Below are positions 29,631 to 43,384 of a stretch of DNA of 64,000 nt, one piece after another. Where the stretch lies: contig OZ024743.1 of NCBI GenBank assembly GCA_964016885.1, positions 12,090,001 to 12,154,000 on the forward strand, in the 5' to 3' direction. Position 1 is the first letter of the stretch, and each line of letters starts with the position of its first letter. The DNA is from Eledone cirrhosa (Eukaryota). The position numbers and the translations under genes were made by a program. The notes under the pieces were generated by a model. It was not told where the DNA came from. It saw only the letters and a list, made by a program, of their open reading frames with translations, and did not search any database.

Positions 29631-31960
29631 AATACGTATATAACAAGCGCACACACATACCTACATGTAAATACACGAATGTTCGGAGACGTAAGTCAAC
29701 CAAAACATGAAGTACACATATACACACACCCTACATACGTACTAACCTGCATACTCATACAGACGCAAAACTCCCGTATACACATAGCCAAACCATATGT
29801 ACCAGAAAATATAAAAAATTATACGCCATAACATAAACAATCAAATATACGTACGAGAAGGTATACGTACCTTCACAAAACATACGGTTAAAATATACTT
29901 AAGGATTCTAATGCCGTGCACGTCCATTACGACAAAACAGTACTTACCATCAACTACTACATAATGCTGTAACTAAGGATTACTGTAAAACTAATCGGTG
30001 CGTCATCAATGATGGACCCTATTTCTCCCCACTTTACCCTGAAGGATCACAAATCCAATTTTGCGAACAACCCCTCTATTCGTCTTATTAACCCTACGAA
30101 GTCCGATTTAGGTAGACGATTCTTGATAGAATTATACCTGAAATTAGAAGTTTGGCCCCTCTTGCACTGTGGAACAATTCTTTCGCGGTGATTGATTGGT
30201 TCAACGGCATATGTAACAAGGAACATTGCCGTTTTATCCAATTTGACATCAACAATTACTACTCCTCCATCACTTTACCACTTCTCCTTAGAGCTATCAA
30301 TTTCGCTAAAACACTCACAGTGGTTAAGGATTTCGAAGTTGATGTCATCCTCAATGCCCGAAAGTCGGTGATTAATTTCGACGACTCTATTTGGATTAAA
30401 AAATCCAATAGTACCCCATTCGACGTGAGTATGGGTGCCAGTGATTCTGCGGAGGTTACTGATCTTATCGGCCTTTTCCTTCTTTTCTCTATCAAGGACG
30501 AATTCCCCAACGCGGGCGGTGGTTTGTACCGTGACGATGGTCTTTTGACCATGACTAAGTGCGGACCTCGTGCTTGCGACAGGTTCAGAAAAGAACTCAC
30601 AGCCTTCTTTAAAGGCTTCAACCTCTCTATACAGGTTGAGGCCAATCTCTCGGTCGTTAATTACCTCGAAATGACCCTCAATTTATTGAATGGGTTGTAT
30701 TACCCGTATAGAAAGCCGAATGATACGCTTAATTACATAAGTAAGCATTCCAACCATCCTGCCAGCATAACCAAGAACCTGGTAAGAAACGTTTCGTTGA
30801 GGCTTTCCCGTCTTTCCACCAACGAGCGTATTTTCAACGACCATTCCACTTATTACAATGAAGCTCTTGCTCGAAGTGGATTTGTCGATAAGGTAGCATA
30901 TACAGAGTACGATAATAGACATAGAAGAAATAGATCCCGTCGCATTTGTTGGTATAACCCACCATATAATATGGAGGTGGCCACACCATTAGCTAAGATC
31001 TTTCTTTCCCTTGTTACGAAGCATTTTCCCCCTACACATAAATATAGTAACATTTTTAATAGAAATACTATTAAAATGTCTTACTCTACGACTCCTAACC
31101 TTGCACATACCATCACAGCTTGAAATTTAGCTAAACTACCTAGCCGTAGGAACACGTGCAACTCTGTAGTTAGTACTAACTGTAATTGTAGGAATCGGGT
31201 TGATTTCTCCCTATCCGGGAAATGCCTCTCTAGTAACATTGTCTACAAATGTAAGGTTGTAACACCCACGTCCTGTAGGGCCTACATAGGGTTAACCGCC
31301 AATAGATTCAAGCAGCGTCTTTACATGCATGCCCATTCTTTTCGTTACCCTCTAAGAAGGAATATGACGTCACTTTCAGCTTATATCTGGAGTCTAAAAG
31401 ACAACCACACCCAATATAAGTTACACTGGGAGATCCTAGCTAGGGCTAGATCGTATAACAGAAATAAAAGACCATGTGACCTCTGCGCCGCTTAGGCCCT
31501 GGAAATACTCAACGCCACAGACCACATCTTAAACAAAAAATCTGAGGCAATTTCGGCTTGTAAACATAAATTGCACAAAACTTTCCTGTATTACAGCCCC
31601 ACGTTATACCCTAACGGATAGTACGATTTATACGTGGATATTTTACGCCTTGATGTGGGAGCTAAGTATATGTTTTGTTTATACCTTTACTTATTTGCAT
31701 AGGTAAGTATATTTACCCGTATGTTTTGTGAAGGTACGTATACCTTCTCGTACGTATATTTGATTGTTTATGTTATGGCATATAATTTTTTACATATTCT
31801 GGTACATATGGTTTGGCTATGTGTATACGGAGTAATTGTTTTTCACCGCTCCTATTAATGACGTATTATATTCTTTTTTTCCCGTTCTTTGCCAGCGAAC
31901 GTATCCCCGAACCAAAGTATCGTCTTCCTGTCTTCCTCTGGAAGACAGGAAGACGATACT
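29631..31960 (+). mobile_element. Naiad-type PLE (family N), 5'-truncated, with inverted 3' UTR segment at 29631-29900
   Basis: TLKDHKSNF, RLINPTKSDLG, FIQFDINNYYSSI, FDVSMGASDSAEV, GLYRDDGL, NCNCRN...KCL..NIVYKC...YIGLT; frameshift ~30115, stops at 31121 and ~31493. Confidence 0.9.
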
Positions 31961-32560
31961 TTTTACAATTAATTAGCTCAAAGAAAGGAGTATTTCTGAG
32001 CCGTGAAATACATATATTCTATATATATAGTATAACAATACTCTATATATATAGTATAACGGCTCCTTTTGTTGAGCTAATTTTAGTCCCATAAAAACGG
32101 CTGTTATTTCTAGCAGCACGAGTATGGGGTAGCTAGGAGCTGAGAAACCATGTGCGTCTATCAGTCCTCCTTAATATTTTGAGGTGAAACATACCAATTT
32201 TTCTGGGTACTTGCTGATGAGAACAGAAGATGCAATTTTTCACTTTTTCAATTATCGAAACTTATTTATGTTTTGGAGTTTAAACTTATCTACGGAACAG
32301 GTTTGGATTTTGAAATTTAAATTTGTCCAAGTACCACGGCTATTGCCAATATAGGTTTGTTTTTATTGATTTATTATTTTAAATCGAGACAGGCAAACTG
32401 TATTAATCTAATTAGTATTTTTCAATCTAGCTAACTTGGTCATTTGTAATACAAACACTTATATGATTGTATTAGTGTTTATCATATATATTAATTTATA
32501 TTAACTTGTATTTCACGGCTCAGAAATGCTTCTTTCTTTGAGCTAATTAATTGTAAAAGA
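31960..32560. mobile_element. Segment bounded by ~50-bp inverted repeats (MITE-like or fold-back)
   Basis: ttttacaattaattagctcaaagaaaggagtatttctgagccgtgaaatac (~31961-32011) vs gtatttcacggctcagaaatgcttctttctttgagctaattaattgtaaaa (~32508-32558). Confidence 0.55.
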
Positions 32561-32604
32561 CTGTTTGAGTTTATAACTCTATATATATAGTATATATATA
32601 TATA

Positions 32605-32660
<56 letters not shown>

Positions 32661-32720
32661 TATCTATATATATATATATATATATATACTATCTATATAT
32701 ATATATATATATATATACTA

Positions 32721-32753
<33 letters not shown>

Positions 32754-32755
32754 TA

Positions 32756-32815
<60 letters not shown>

Positions 32816-35246
32816 TGTTATACTTTGGGAGGATCATATTTGTGTAATATTGCCAGAATTAATAACAGAACACACTCACTGTCTGGTTGGTTTTCGCTTT
32901 TCTCTTCTGTGTCTTTTATATCGGTAATCGAATTTATTAGGTCCTCAATGTTGCCATTGACTGATCAACGGTCAAAAATAATACAGATACAATATAGACA
33001 CAGACACATATATATAGTTTATCATAGTTCTTTCGTTGCACATCTGCAATATCGTCAGTGGTGCTATTGTTTCCTCCCGTTGCATTGTATTTTCTACGCC
33101 ATCTTTATTTAGTCTGTTTATATATTTATTTATTTGTTTATTTATTTTGTCTTCTTTGCGCATGCGTTTGCGTGTGTGTATAGTGTTTTGTTTGATGTGT
33201 GTTCGTGATTGGGTGACTGTGTATTGGTTAATGTATTCTATCTTTACTAGTGTGTGTTTATATGTGTTTGCTGTTATTGCGCTTGTGTATGTATTTATTT
33301 ATTTATTTATCTATTTATTTATTTATACTTCTCTTAGGTCAGTGTTGTTTGTTTGGGCGTTGTTGTTATTCCATTCATTCTTTCTGTTTAGCCTTGGCCT
33401 TCTAAGTTCTATTTCACTGGCCTCTCTGATTTGCCTATCTGCTGGGTCATTTCTATGTTTAGATATTATTCTAATTTCTATGTTGTCTATGTTACCGCCG
33501 TGTTGTTGTCTTGCATGTTCGTATAGTACTGAACCGTTTTTTCGTCCTTTTAGTTCCCCCCAGTGTTGGTCTATCCTTTCACCTATGCTACGAGCTGTCT
33601 CGCCTATGAGTGTTGTTGTCATGTTTCTCCAAGTACCCTCTGTACATCTTATGCTATAGACTACGTTTCTAGTTTTACAGTTTATCCGGGGGTTTACCTT
33701 ACATATGATACATTTCCTATTAGTCCAGTGGGTTTTCTTAAAAGGGTAGGTTTGCTGATCAGGGATTTTATGGTGGTTCCTGGCTTTTCTACTTAATCTT
33801 TAAGTGGGTCTTTCTCAGGGCCTTTCTACACTGGTTAGCTAATATCCCTCCAGGGGTAGCGTCCACAAACATGACACTCTGGTATCTCTGGTTGTCGTAC
33901 CATGAGGTGGCTTTCCCTATCTTATGTCTAGCTCTATCTAAGCTATTCCATGATTTGCTCCTGTATAATGGGCAAATTCCTTTCATGTCCAGTTCTATGA
34001 GGGTCTTATACTTCTCCATGGCTCCTTCGTATACTCTGACTCTGTCTGTTTGGTTGTAGCCAGAGAACTGCCTGCGGTTGATGAAGTGTTGGATGTGTCT
34101 TTCCATTTATGTTGGGTCGCACATGCGGGACACATTCTTCATCACTCGTACCAAATCTGCGATCAGAATATTAAACTTAGCACTACTGGACATTGCTGAG
34201 TTTTTGAGTATCAGGTATTTGGAGGCCATGGATTTAGCATAGTGTGAGTGGAGAATTTGGGCTCTCTCGTCTATAGTGATAATCCAGAGTTCCGTGTCTA
34301 ATACAGGTAGTCTATTGTTAGGGTGTTTAGAAGGGTAGGCGATAGTTACAGTTATACTCTGTTGTATGGAATTAGCTATCTGCTGGATGCTTTCCATCGT
34401 GCTACGTTCTAAATCAAACTTGTTAGTGCTCTCTAGTGGGGGTGTTCTTATAACTATATTGATATCGTCTAAATAACGAGAGTACATGATGAGGTCTATG
34501 GAGCTTTCATTAAGGAGATCTTTAAGTCTCCTTTCCCACCATACCATGAAAAGGTTGGCAACATCACCAGCTATGCTGACGCCGATGGCTGCCCCCTCAT
34601 TTTGGGTGTAGATTTTCTCATTGAACTTAAATATGTGGCCCTTTAGGGTAGTTTTGATACTAGCCCCTATTGCATGTGCGACCATTTTTCTTACCTGATC
34701 AGTGTTTTAGGGGGTCCGTATAGCTTTGGTCCACCCAATCCACCTTCCTATGGGAGTCTTTTTAGCCATTGAGGTTATGGTGGGGGTCTACCTCTTATAG
34801 GTCTACTAGGGCAGAAACATCTAAGGTCATGGCTGTCTAGGTAGTCAGTGTCGTAGGTAAGTCTAAGTAGGAGGCCCAGTTCGTCTGTGTCGACGTCGCA
34901 GAACTCCACCTCACTCTCAATGATCATCTCCACACATCTTTTCACAGCAAAATCAATGTTAATGGATGGGTACAGTGACACCACATCCATGCTGCCTATT
35001 ATGCAGTTGGATAGGCTCCTGTTTTTGTTGCACTCACTGATTCTGCTGAGGAGGTCCTCTGTACTTTCACATACATCTGGGGACATCTTGATTATGGGGC
35101 GCATAACCATTGAGAGGAAGTAGGAGATCATGTAGTTGCTCGCTATATTAGCTCCGCATACGGGTCTTGTTGGTGGTCCTGTTGTTGGGTCGTCGACTGT
35201 CTTGTGGTCTTTGCGGAGCCCATACAAGGGTGGTATGCCATTAAAA
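32816..35246 (-). mobile_element. Neptune-like PLE (RT, Cys-rich linker, GIY-YIG), decayed, with 3' pseudo-LTR
   Basis: PPLYGLRKDHK, RPVCGA, GSMDVVSLYPSI, GAAIG, RYLDD, LPVLD, HYAK.MAS; KCIIC...NCKTRNVVYSIRC...IGETARS..ER...H; several frameshifts. The clade label is tentative. Confidence 0.85.
33021..33062 (-). ncRNA. Minimal hammerhead in the PLE 3' UTR (family L)
   Basis: acca-CTGACGA-t-attgca-gatg-tgcaac-GAAA-gaac-TA-tgat; same stem III sequence as the family B HHR. Confidence 0.65.
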
Positions 35247-37579
35247 GATGGAGGGCCTACCACTTCGATAAAAAATCTAAACATGCAGATCGGAAATATA
35301 TGTATGATTTCAATACTTACAAGAATCCACCACACAACTCTTTACTTGAAGACTTTGAGAAAGACCTTTTTAATTTAATTAAACACCTCAAATTTAAAAA
35401 GTATAAATCCGTCTTTCAAAAGGACCTTGATTCTACCCTATTGGACCTAAAAAAGTCTAAAAAAATCCATGTCCACTCGGACAAAACTGGTAACTTGTAT
35501 CACATGGATATTGAACATTATAATGAGTTCATATATAAAGAACTCAGGAAAAATTATAAAAAATCTAATAATGCGTCACTCACCAACATCAACAACAAAA
35601 CACACAACATAGTAAAAAAACTAAACATTGAAGATAGAACTGAACCTTTGGCATTGAAAAGACCACACTTCAACCTGAAGGATCATAAATCAAACTTTAA
35701 CTCAAATCCTTCTATAAGACTTATATGTCCCTCCAAATCAGATATTGGAATAATTAGCAAAAAAATTTTGGATAGAGTCATCCCACAAATAAGAAAACAC
35801 GTTATTTTACCACTCTGGGAAAACACCTCCCAGGTAATTAACTGGTTTAAAAATATTAGATGTAAATCTTCTGCTTCATTTCTACAATTTGATATAGATA
35901 ATTACTATTCTTCTATATCACCTATACTCCTGAACAAAGCATTGATATTTGCTAAAAATAGATCTAACTTAACTTTGGATGACATTAATATTATTACACA
36001 TGCTAGACTAACACTTATTGAATTTCAGAATGAATACTGGACCAGAAACACATATAGTAATCTATTTGATATTACTATGGGTTCAAGCGATTTCGCCCAA
36101 ATTACTGATCTTGTGGGCCTCTTTCTCCTTTTCAACATAAATGCCTCCTTTCCCCACCTTAAAGGTGGTTTATATCGTGATGACTGTCTTCTTCTTTCTA
36201 ATAACCTTAGCCTTTCAGAAATAGAAAAAAACAAAAAACATATTAGAACTTTCCTTAAAGACTATTATAATCTTCATATTACTTTTGAAAAAACAAGTAA
36301 AGTAGTAAATTTCCTAGATATAACTTTAGATTTAGCTACGGGTATCTACCAACCTTACCATAAACCAAACCAAAACTTACATTACATACACTCACAATCT
36401 AATCACCCTAAATCTATCCTTAAAAACCTTGCATATAATATATCACTTAGAATTTCTAACCTTTCTTCTAACCAAGATGTATTTGATAAAAATGCGACCT
36501 TCTATAACGAAGCTCTAGATAGAAGTGGCCACAAAAATAGATTAGAATATATACCTTCTACTAAAAATACTAAAAACATACAACCTAATATTACCAACAA
36601 ACACCAAATGAAAAGTACACACCTAAATGCCACCCACACTATACCCCAAAATACCAAATCTTCTAATATAAAATATAGTAACTCTCAAAAAACTACTCAT
36701 CATACAACTCTAATAAATATTAATAATAAAACTCCTAATAAAAAAGATAAAACACCTAAATCTACAAATATAACTAAAAATGGTTGTGGTGAGATCATTA
36801 GCATTAATCCTCCTAGTAAACATCACGATACAACCTATAAAAATAATAAAAATAATAAACAACATAGAAACCGTAATAGACGGGTTACTTGGTATAATGC
36901 TCCATTTAATTTACAAATTAAGGATAATATTGCTAAAAAATTTTTTTATATCCTAGAGAAAAACTTCCCGCCAAACCACAAATACCATCAAATCTTAAAT
37001 AGATCTACAGTTAAATTCTCATACTCAACAACAAATAACATAAAACAAAATATAAGTGCCTATAATGCATATAAATGTAAGAAAACCATAAGTATACCAC
37101 CAATACATCAAACTAACCATAATATCTCCTCAAATACAGAATTAACGAAAGGTTGTAACTGTAGAAACAAAGCAAACTGCCCATTAAAAGGGAATTGTCT
37201 TGTTAACAACATAGTCTATAAATGTAATGTTAAAACTAAAGATTCTATTTGCTCATATATAGGAGCTACTTCTAACAATTTTAAGACAAGGTTTAATACC
37301 CACAAGCATAGTTTTAAAAATGCCGCACTGGCTAATACAACATCTCTAGCAGAAAAAATCAATAGTTATAAAAATAAGAATATAGAATATGATTTGACCT
37401 GGAGTGTGCTCAAAAGAGCCACCCCTTATCAAAATAATAGAAATGAATGTAGATTATGTTCCCAAGAACTATTTGAAATAATGAAATCTAAGGATATCCT
37501 ATTAAATAAACGACAGGAATTAATTATATCGTGTAATCATAAACTAAAAAAAACATTTAAATATTATAAACCTAATTAA
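35247..37579 (+). CDS. Naiad-type PLE RT-GIY-YIG polyprotein, uninterrupted frame but 5'-truncated
   Basis: RWRAYHF, PP...FEKDL, DKTGNLY, LKDHKSNF, FDIDNYYSSI, FDITMGS, GLYRDD, NFLDITLDL, SNHP, WYNAPF, CNCRNKANCPLKGNCL, IVYKC, YIGAT, CRLC, LLNKRQEL. The track ORF start (35204) lies in the adjacent element. Confidence 0.9.
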
Positions 37580-38784
37580 TAACATTATTTTAGAAATTAA
37601 TATATAATTTAATTTAAATGTTAGTTAACCTATAAATTTAATTTAATTAAAATTCTACTGCAGATGAGAATATAAAATATTGTGTAATCATAAATTGTGA
37701 AAAACCTTTAAATATTACTAATATATACTTAGTAATTTAATTTATAGATTAATTTTAATTTATTTAACCCTTTATTAAAATTCCTTTACAGATAAAATAT
37801 AACAAAATATCGTGTATTCAATGACAGAGAAATAATTTTTAGTATTATAGACCTAATTAATATACATTTTAGAAATATATTTATAATTTGGTTTTAAATT
37901 TAGTCAACCTAAAAATTTAATTTAATTGGCTTAAAATTAGTATCCTAATACAGACGGATTGCAGAGTGTCATGTAATCATAGAATGGGATGTGTTTTGGA
38001 TGTATACCTAGTTAATATATTCTTTGCAATTTTTGAAAAAATATGTATATGTATGTATGTATATGTATGTGTATGTATGTATATATATGTGTGTATATAT
38101 ATATATGTGTATGTATATGTATATGTATATGTATTAATTTTGATTTCTATTTGCATATAATTATATTCTGCTATTGATAAAATACAATATCTGTTTTATT
38201 TATTATATACCTAATTAACATATACTATAGAAATTAATATATAATTTTTAATTTAGTTAACCTATAATTTATATTCTACTACCGATGTAATACTTTATTT
38301 GTTTTTTCCCTATTACTAAATTCATTTCCTAATATTGATACCATAACGTTAATAATTTTAATTTAGTTATACTATAATTAATACTCTACTACTATTTAAC
38401 TTCAAAATTCTGCTTCAAATATTATAAACCTAACTAATTTACACCTTAGAAATCAATATGTTAACTATCTTTAGTTTAGTTAACCTATAATTAATGGTAT
38501 ACTTATTTTGAAATGCATAATTTTGCCTTATTTCTTGCATTTCCTAACACTGAAACTATGTAAAAACATATATTGAGATCCAAATACAGATTAATATTCT
38601 ATGTTTCTTGAAACATATATTTACTATAATCCCCTTCTCCACCCCCCCTTTCCCCCATACTATTATCATCTGTATTTGTAAGCGTGTATGTATGAATATA
38701 TATGTAGGTAGGTGTATATATGTTTGGGTGTTTATATCTGAGTATAAAAATACATATATGCGCATGCAAATAAGAATGTATGAT

Positions 38785-38854
<70 letters not shown>

Positions 38855-39720
38855 TGTATATATATATGTATATATATATATATATATGTATATGTGTATA
38901 TGTGTGTGGGCGTGTATGTGTGTGTATATATATGTGTGTATGTATGTGTGTGTATATATGTGTATGTATATGTATGTCTCTCTATATATATGTGTATCTT
39001 CGTATCTATGTGGATATATGTGTGTATGTACATGTATGCACATGTATATGTTTATGTATATATGTGTGTATGTGTATATATGTACGTGTGCGCACATATA
39101 TATGTGAGTGTGTGTGTGTGTGTATATATATATATGTATGTCTATGTATATATATATTTGTATGTGTATATATATATATATATATATTATTTATTATTAT
39201 AATATAACTTATGTGTATATATATATATGTGAAGGTGTGTATATGTATATATATATATATATATATGTAAATATATATGTGTATGTGTGTTTTTGTGTGT
39301 GTGTATATATATGTATATATGTGTGTATGTATGTGTTTGTATGTGTGTTTATGGTTGTATGTGTGTGTGGGTATATATATATATGTATGTATATATATAT
39401 ATATATGTGTATATGTATCTCTATTTATGTGTGTATATATGTATATGTATATACCTTTTTCTTTGTATGTCTGAGTTGTGTGAGAGTGTAGTGGTGTTTG
39501 TATGTATATACGCATATGTGGATGCGTATGTATTTGTATATATGCGTATATGTAAGTGCGTATGTGTGTGTGAATATATATCTATGTCTATGTATGAGTA
39601 TGTATGTGTGTGTATGTATGTGTGTGTGTATGTATGTATGTGTGCATGTGTGTATATATATATGTGTGTATATGTATGTATGTATGTGTATGTATGTATG
39701 TATATGTGTATGTATATGTG

Positions 39721-39752
<32 letters not shown>

Positions 39753-39941
39753 TATGTTTATTATATATGTGTGTGTGTGTATGTGTGTGTATATATATCT
39801 TTATATATGTGTATGTGTATGTATGTGTAGGTGTGTGTGTGTGTGTGACTATATATGTATGTGTGTATGTGTGTATGTATGCATGTGTATGTGTGTGTAC
39901 GTGTATGTATATGTATGTATATATATATGTATATATATGTG

Positions 39942-39975
<34 letters not shown>

Positions 39976-40449
39976 TATGTATATGTATCTCTGTTTGTAA
40001 GTGTATATGTGTATATGTATATACCTTTTTCTTTGTATGTCTGAGTTGTGTGAGAGTGTAGTGGTGTTTGTATGTATATACGGATATATGGATGCGTAAG
40101 TATTTGTATATATGCGTATATGTAAGTGCGTATGTGTGTGTGAATATATATCTATGTCTATGTATGAGTATGTATGTGTGTGTATGTATGTGTGTATGTG
40201 TGTATGTATGTATGTATGTCTGTATGTATATGTGTGTATATATATGTATGTATGTGTATGTCTGTATGTATATAAGTATGTATGTGTATGTATATGTGCG
40301 TGTATGTGTATATATGTGTGTGTATATATGTGTGTGTGTATATATGTGTATATATGTGTGTATATATATATATATGTATGTGTGTATATGTGTGTATATA
40401 TATATGTATATGTTTATATATATGTGTGTGTGTGTGTGTTGTATGTGTA

Positions 40450-40507
<58 letters not shown>

Positions 40508-41330
40508 CTTGATATATTTCTTTTTTCTTTTTCTTTTCTTTTCTTTTTATTTCTAAGTTTATAGATACATCTATAAATAAGCAGTCTGCCGAAACCGTTG
40601 AATACTGACTTCTCCCCCCCCCCTCCCACCTAATTTCTGTATCTTGATCTAAATGTGTGTGGCAATGTTTATGTGCGTGCATTAATATCCATGTGCTTAT
40701 GATAATATTATATCCACATATATATGTGTGTGGGGGTGTGTGTGTGTATGTATGTTCGTAATTATGTGTATGTTTATGCATATACGCGCGTGTGTGTGTG
40801 AGTGTACGGATATGTGTGAGTATGTGAATATGTGTATACACTTATTTCATATTTATGTGTCTATACGCATTTTATCTGTGGATTATAAACTTACAGAGAC
40901 ATTAGCCTTGAATTTTTGTATTTGCATACATCTTTTTGGCATGCGTATGCATGTTGAGCATATATCTTTGTATAAATATGTGTACGAAGTTAATTACATG
41001 TATATACACACACCAAACTGCATAACATTTTTTGTATTTTCATTGGTCAATTTGAACTCCGTTCCCAAACGGACCTGAAATTTTGAATTGTTGTTGTTAT
41101 CAATAAATATATTTCATTATTTCTGAAGACGGCATATATGTGTGTTTGGTATGTATATTTAATCTTGATAGTTTGTATCATTTTGTATAATTTTGTACAT
41201 AGATCTGTTGAATATGCATGCCAATTCTAACACATATATATCCTAGAAACGATCGTTAAATAATGAACTTTTTTTGTTTAATATAAGGAACTGTTTCATT
41301 GTTTTATTCATTATTTGTTTAATATTTTAT
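37580..41330 (+). mobile_element. Probable long 3' UTR/pseudo-LTR of the Naiad PLE, with AT-rich degenerate repeats and a TA/TG microsatellite block
   Basis: Follows the stop codon directly and ends in a same-strand HHR (41113-41267); internal duplication ~39400-39620 vs ~39970-40190. Continuity is inferred. Confidence 0.55.
41113..41267 (+). ncRNA. Type I hammerhead with ~115-nt stem II domain (family M)
   Basis: Perfect 10-bp stem I ttcattattt/aaataatgaa; CTGAAGA; atatatgtgt/acacatatat in stem II; GAAAC-GATC-GTT. Confidence 0.8.
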
Positions 41331-41341
41331 ATATATATATA

Positions 41342-41375
<34 letters not shown>

Positions 41376-41379
41376 GTAA

Positions 41380-43030
41380 TAATAATAAATTTGAAGACTA
41401 AAATCCAAAGAGAGCTCGATAAGGATAAATATATATCAAATATATAAGAACCGTAGAGCAAATATTTATTAAAATAACAGATTAAAGTTTAAGCAAAGAA
41501 TCGCTGCTTTCACCCTTAGCGGGATCTTCTGAAAATAACAAAGTCAATCTGTAAACGCAGAACTGGATATTTCAAAAAACGTTGCAACCGGAGGAAGACA
41601 GGAAGACGATACTTTGGTTCGTGGAAACGTTCGCTGGCTAAGAACGGGAAAAAACGAATATTATACGTCATTAATAAGAGCGGTGAAAAACAATTACGCG
41701 CAAAGACAGAACCACGTTTATGGTATAAAAGAGTTCGTAGACTAATGTTCTCTTAGGTGGTGCATAGAGACGTTCTCTGGCAATGAACGAAAAAAACGAA
41801 GATAATACGTATGTGGAGCGTGGAGAACAATAGCACGCAAAGACAAAACCACGTAAATGGTATAGCAGAAGTCGTAGACTAAATTCTAACTAGGAGACCG
41901 AATGAATCTCCGCTACGGAGTTAAGAACAAAGTAAATAAATACAATACAGAAGTAATAGAAATAAATAAATACATACACGCAAACAAAAACGTACATACA
42001 CAAGCATACGCAAACACTTACCATAGGTAAACAAAACCACGCATATATAAATATGTGTGTGTGTCTAAGCGTGTATATAAATAAATAATTATGTAAACGT
42101 ATATAAATAAATAAATACGTATATAACAAGCGCACACACATACCTACATGTAAATACACGAATGTTCGGAGACGTAAGTCAACCAAAACATGAAGTACAC
42201 ATATACACACGCCCTACATACGTACGAACCTGCATACTCACACAGACTCAAAACTCCCGTATACACATAGCCGAACCATATGTACCAGAATATATAAAAA
42301 AATTATACGCCATAACAATCAAATATACGTACGAGAAGGTATACGTACCTTCACAAAACATACGGATAATATATACTTACCTATGCAAATAAGTAAAGGT
42401 ATAAACAAAACATATACTTAGCTCCCACATCGAGACGTAAAATATCCACGTATAGATCGTACTATCCGTTAGGGTATAACGTGGGGCTGTAATACAGGAA
42501 ATTTTTGTGCAATTTATGTTTACAAACCGAAATTGCCTCAGATTTTTTGTTTAAGATGTGGTCTGTGGCGTAGAGTATTTCCAGGGCCTCGGCGGCGCAG
42601 AGGTCACATGGTCTTTTATTTCCGTTATACGATCTAGCCCTAGCTAGGATCTCCCAGTGTAACTTATATTGGGTGTGGTTGTCTTTTATTTCCGTTATAC
42701 GATCTAGCCCTAGCTAGGATCGCCCAGTGTAACTTATATTGGGTGTGGTTGTCTTTTAGACTCCAGATATAAGATGAAAGTGACGTCATATTCCTTCTTA
42801 GAGGGTAACGAAAAGAATGGGCATGCATGTAAAGATGCTGCTTGATTCTATTGGCGGTTAACCCTATGTAGGCCCTACGGGACGTGGGTGTTACAACCTT
42901 ACATTTGTAGACAATGTTACTAGAGAGGCATTTCCCGGATAGGGGGCAATCAGCCCGATTCCTACAATTACAGTTAGTACTAACTACAGAGTTGCACGTG
43001 TTCCTACGGCTAGGTAGTTTAGCTAAATTT
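41380..43030 (-). mobile_element. Second copy of family N PLE: GIY-YIG region plus full 3' UTR
   Basis: 42255-43030 is the reverse complement of ~31124-31833; 70-bp tandem duplication at 42611-42750; degenerate HHR at 41487-41535 (CAGAAGA-tccc/ggg-GAAAGCA...TGCTT), then AATAAA. Confidence 0.85.
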
Positions 43031-43041
43031 ATATATATATG

Positions 43042-43073
<32 letters not shown>

Positions 43074-43139
43074 TAAATGTATATATATATATATGTATAT
43101 ATATATATGTATATATATGTATATATATATATGTATATA

Positions 43140-43276
<137 letters not shown>

Positions 43277-43319
43277 ATATATATATATATATGTATGTAT
43301 ATATATATGTATGTATATA

Positions 43320-43366
<47 letters not shown>

Positions 43367-43384
43367 ATATGTATATAATATAAT

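Noticed and set aside
31121-31123. In-frame TGA in a Naiad-type PLE as selenocysteine
   Set aside because: It aligns to a His/Tyr position (cf. ISAYNA in the intact copy), not Cys; the same copy has a frameshift and a TAG where the sister copy has GAG, so it is decayed.
32210-32275. CTGATGA...GAAAC inside the inverted-repeat-bounded segment
   Set aside because: No convincing stem I or stem II complementarity.
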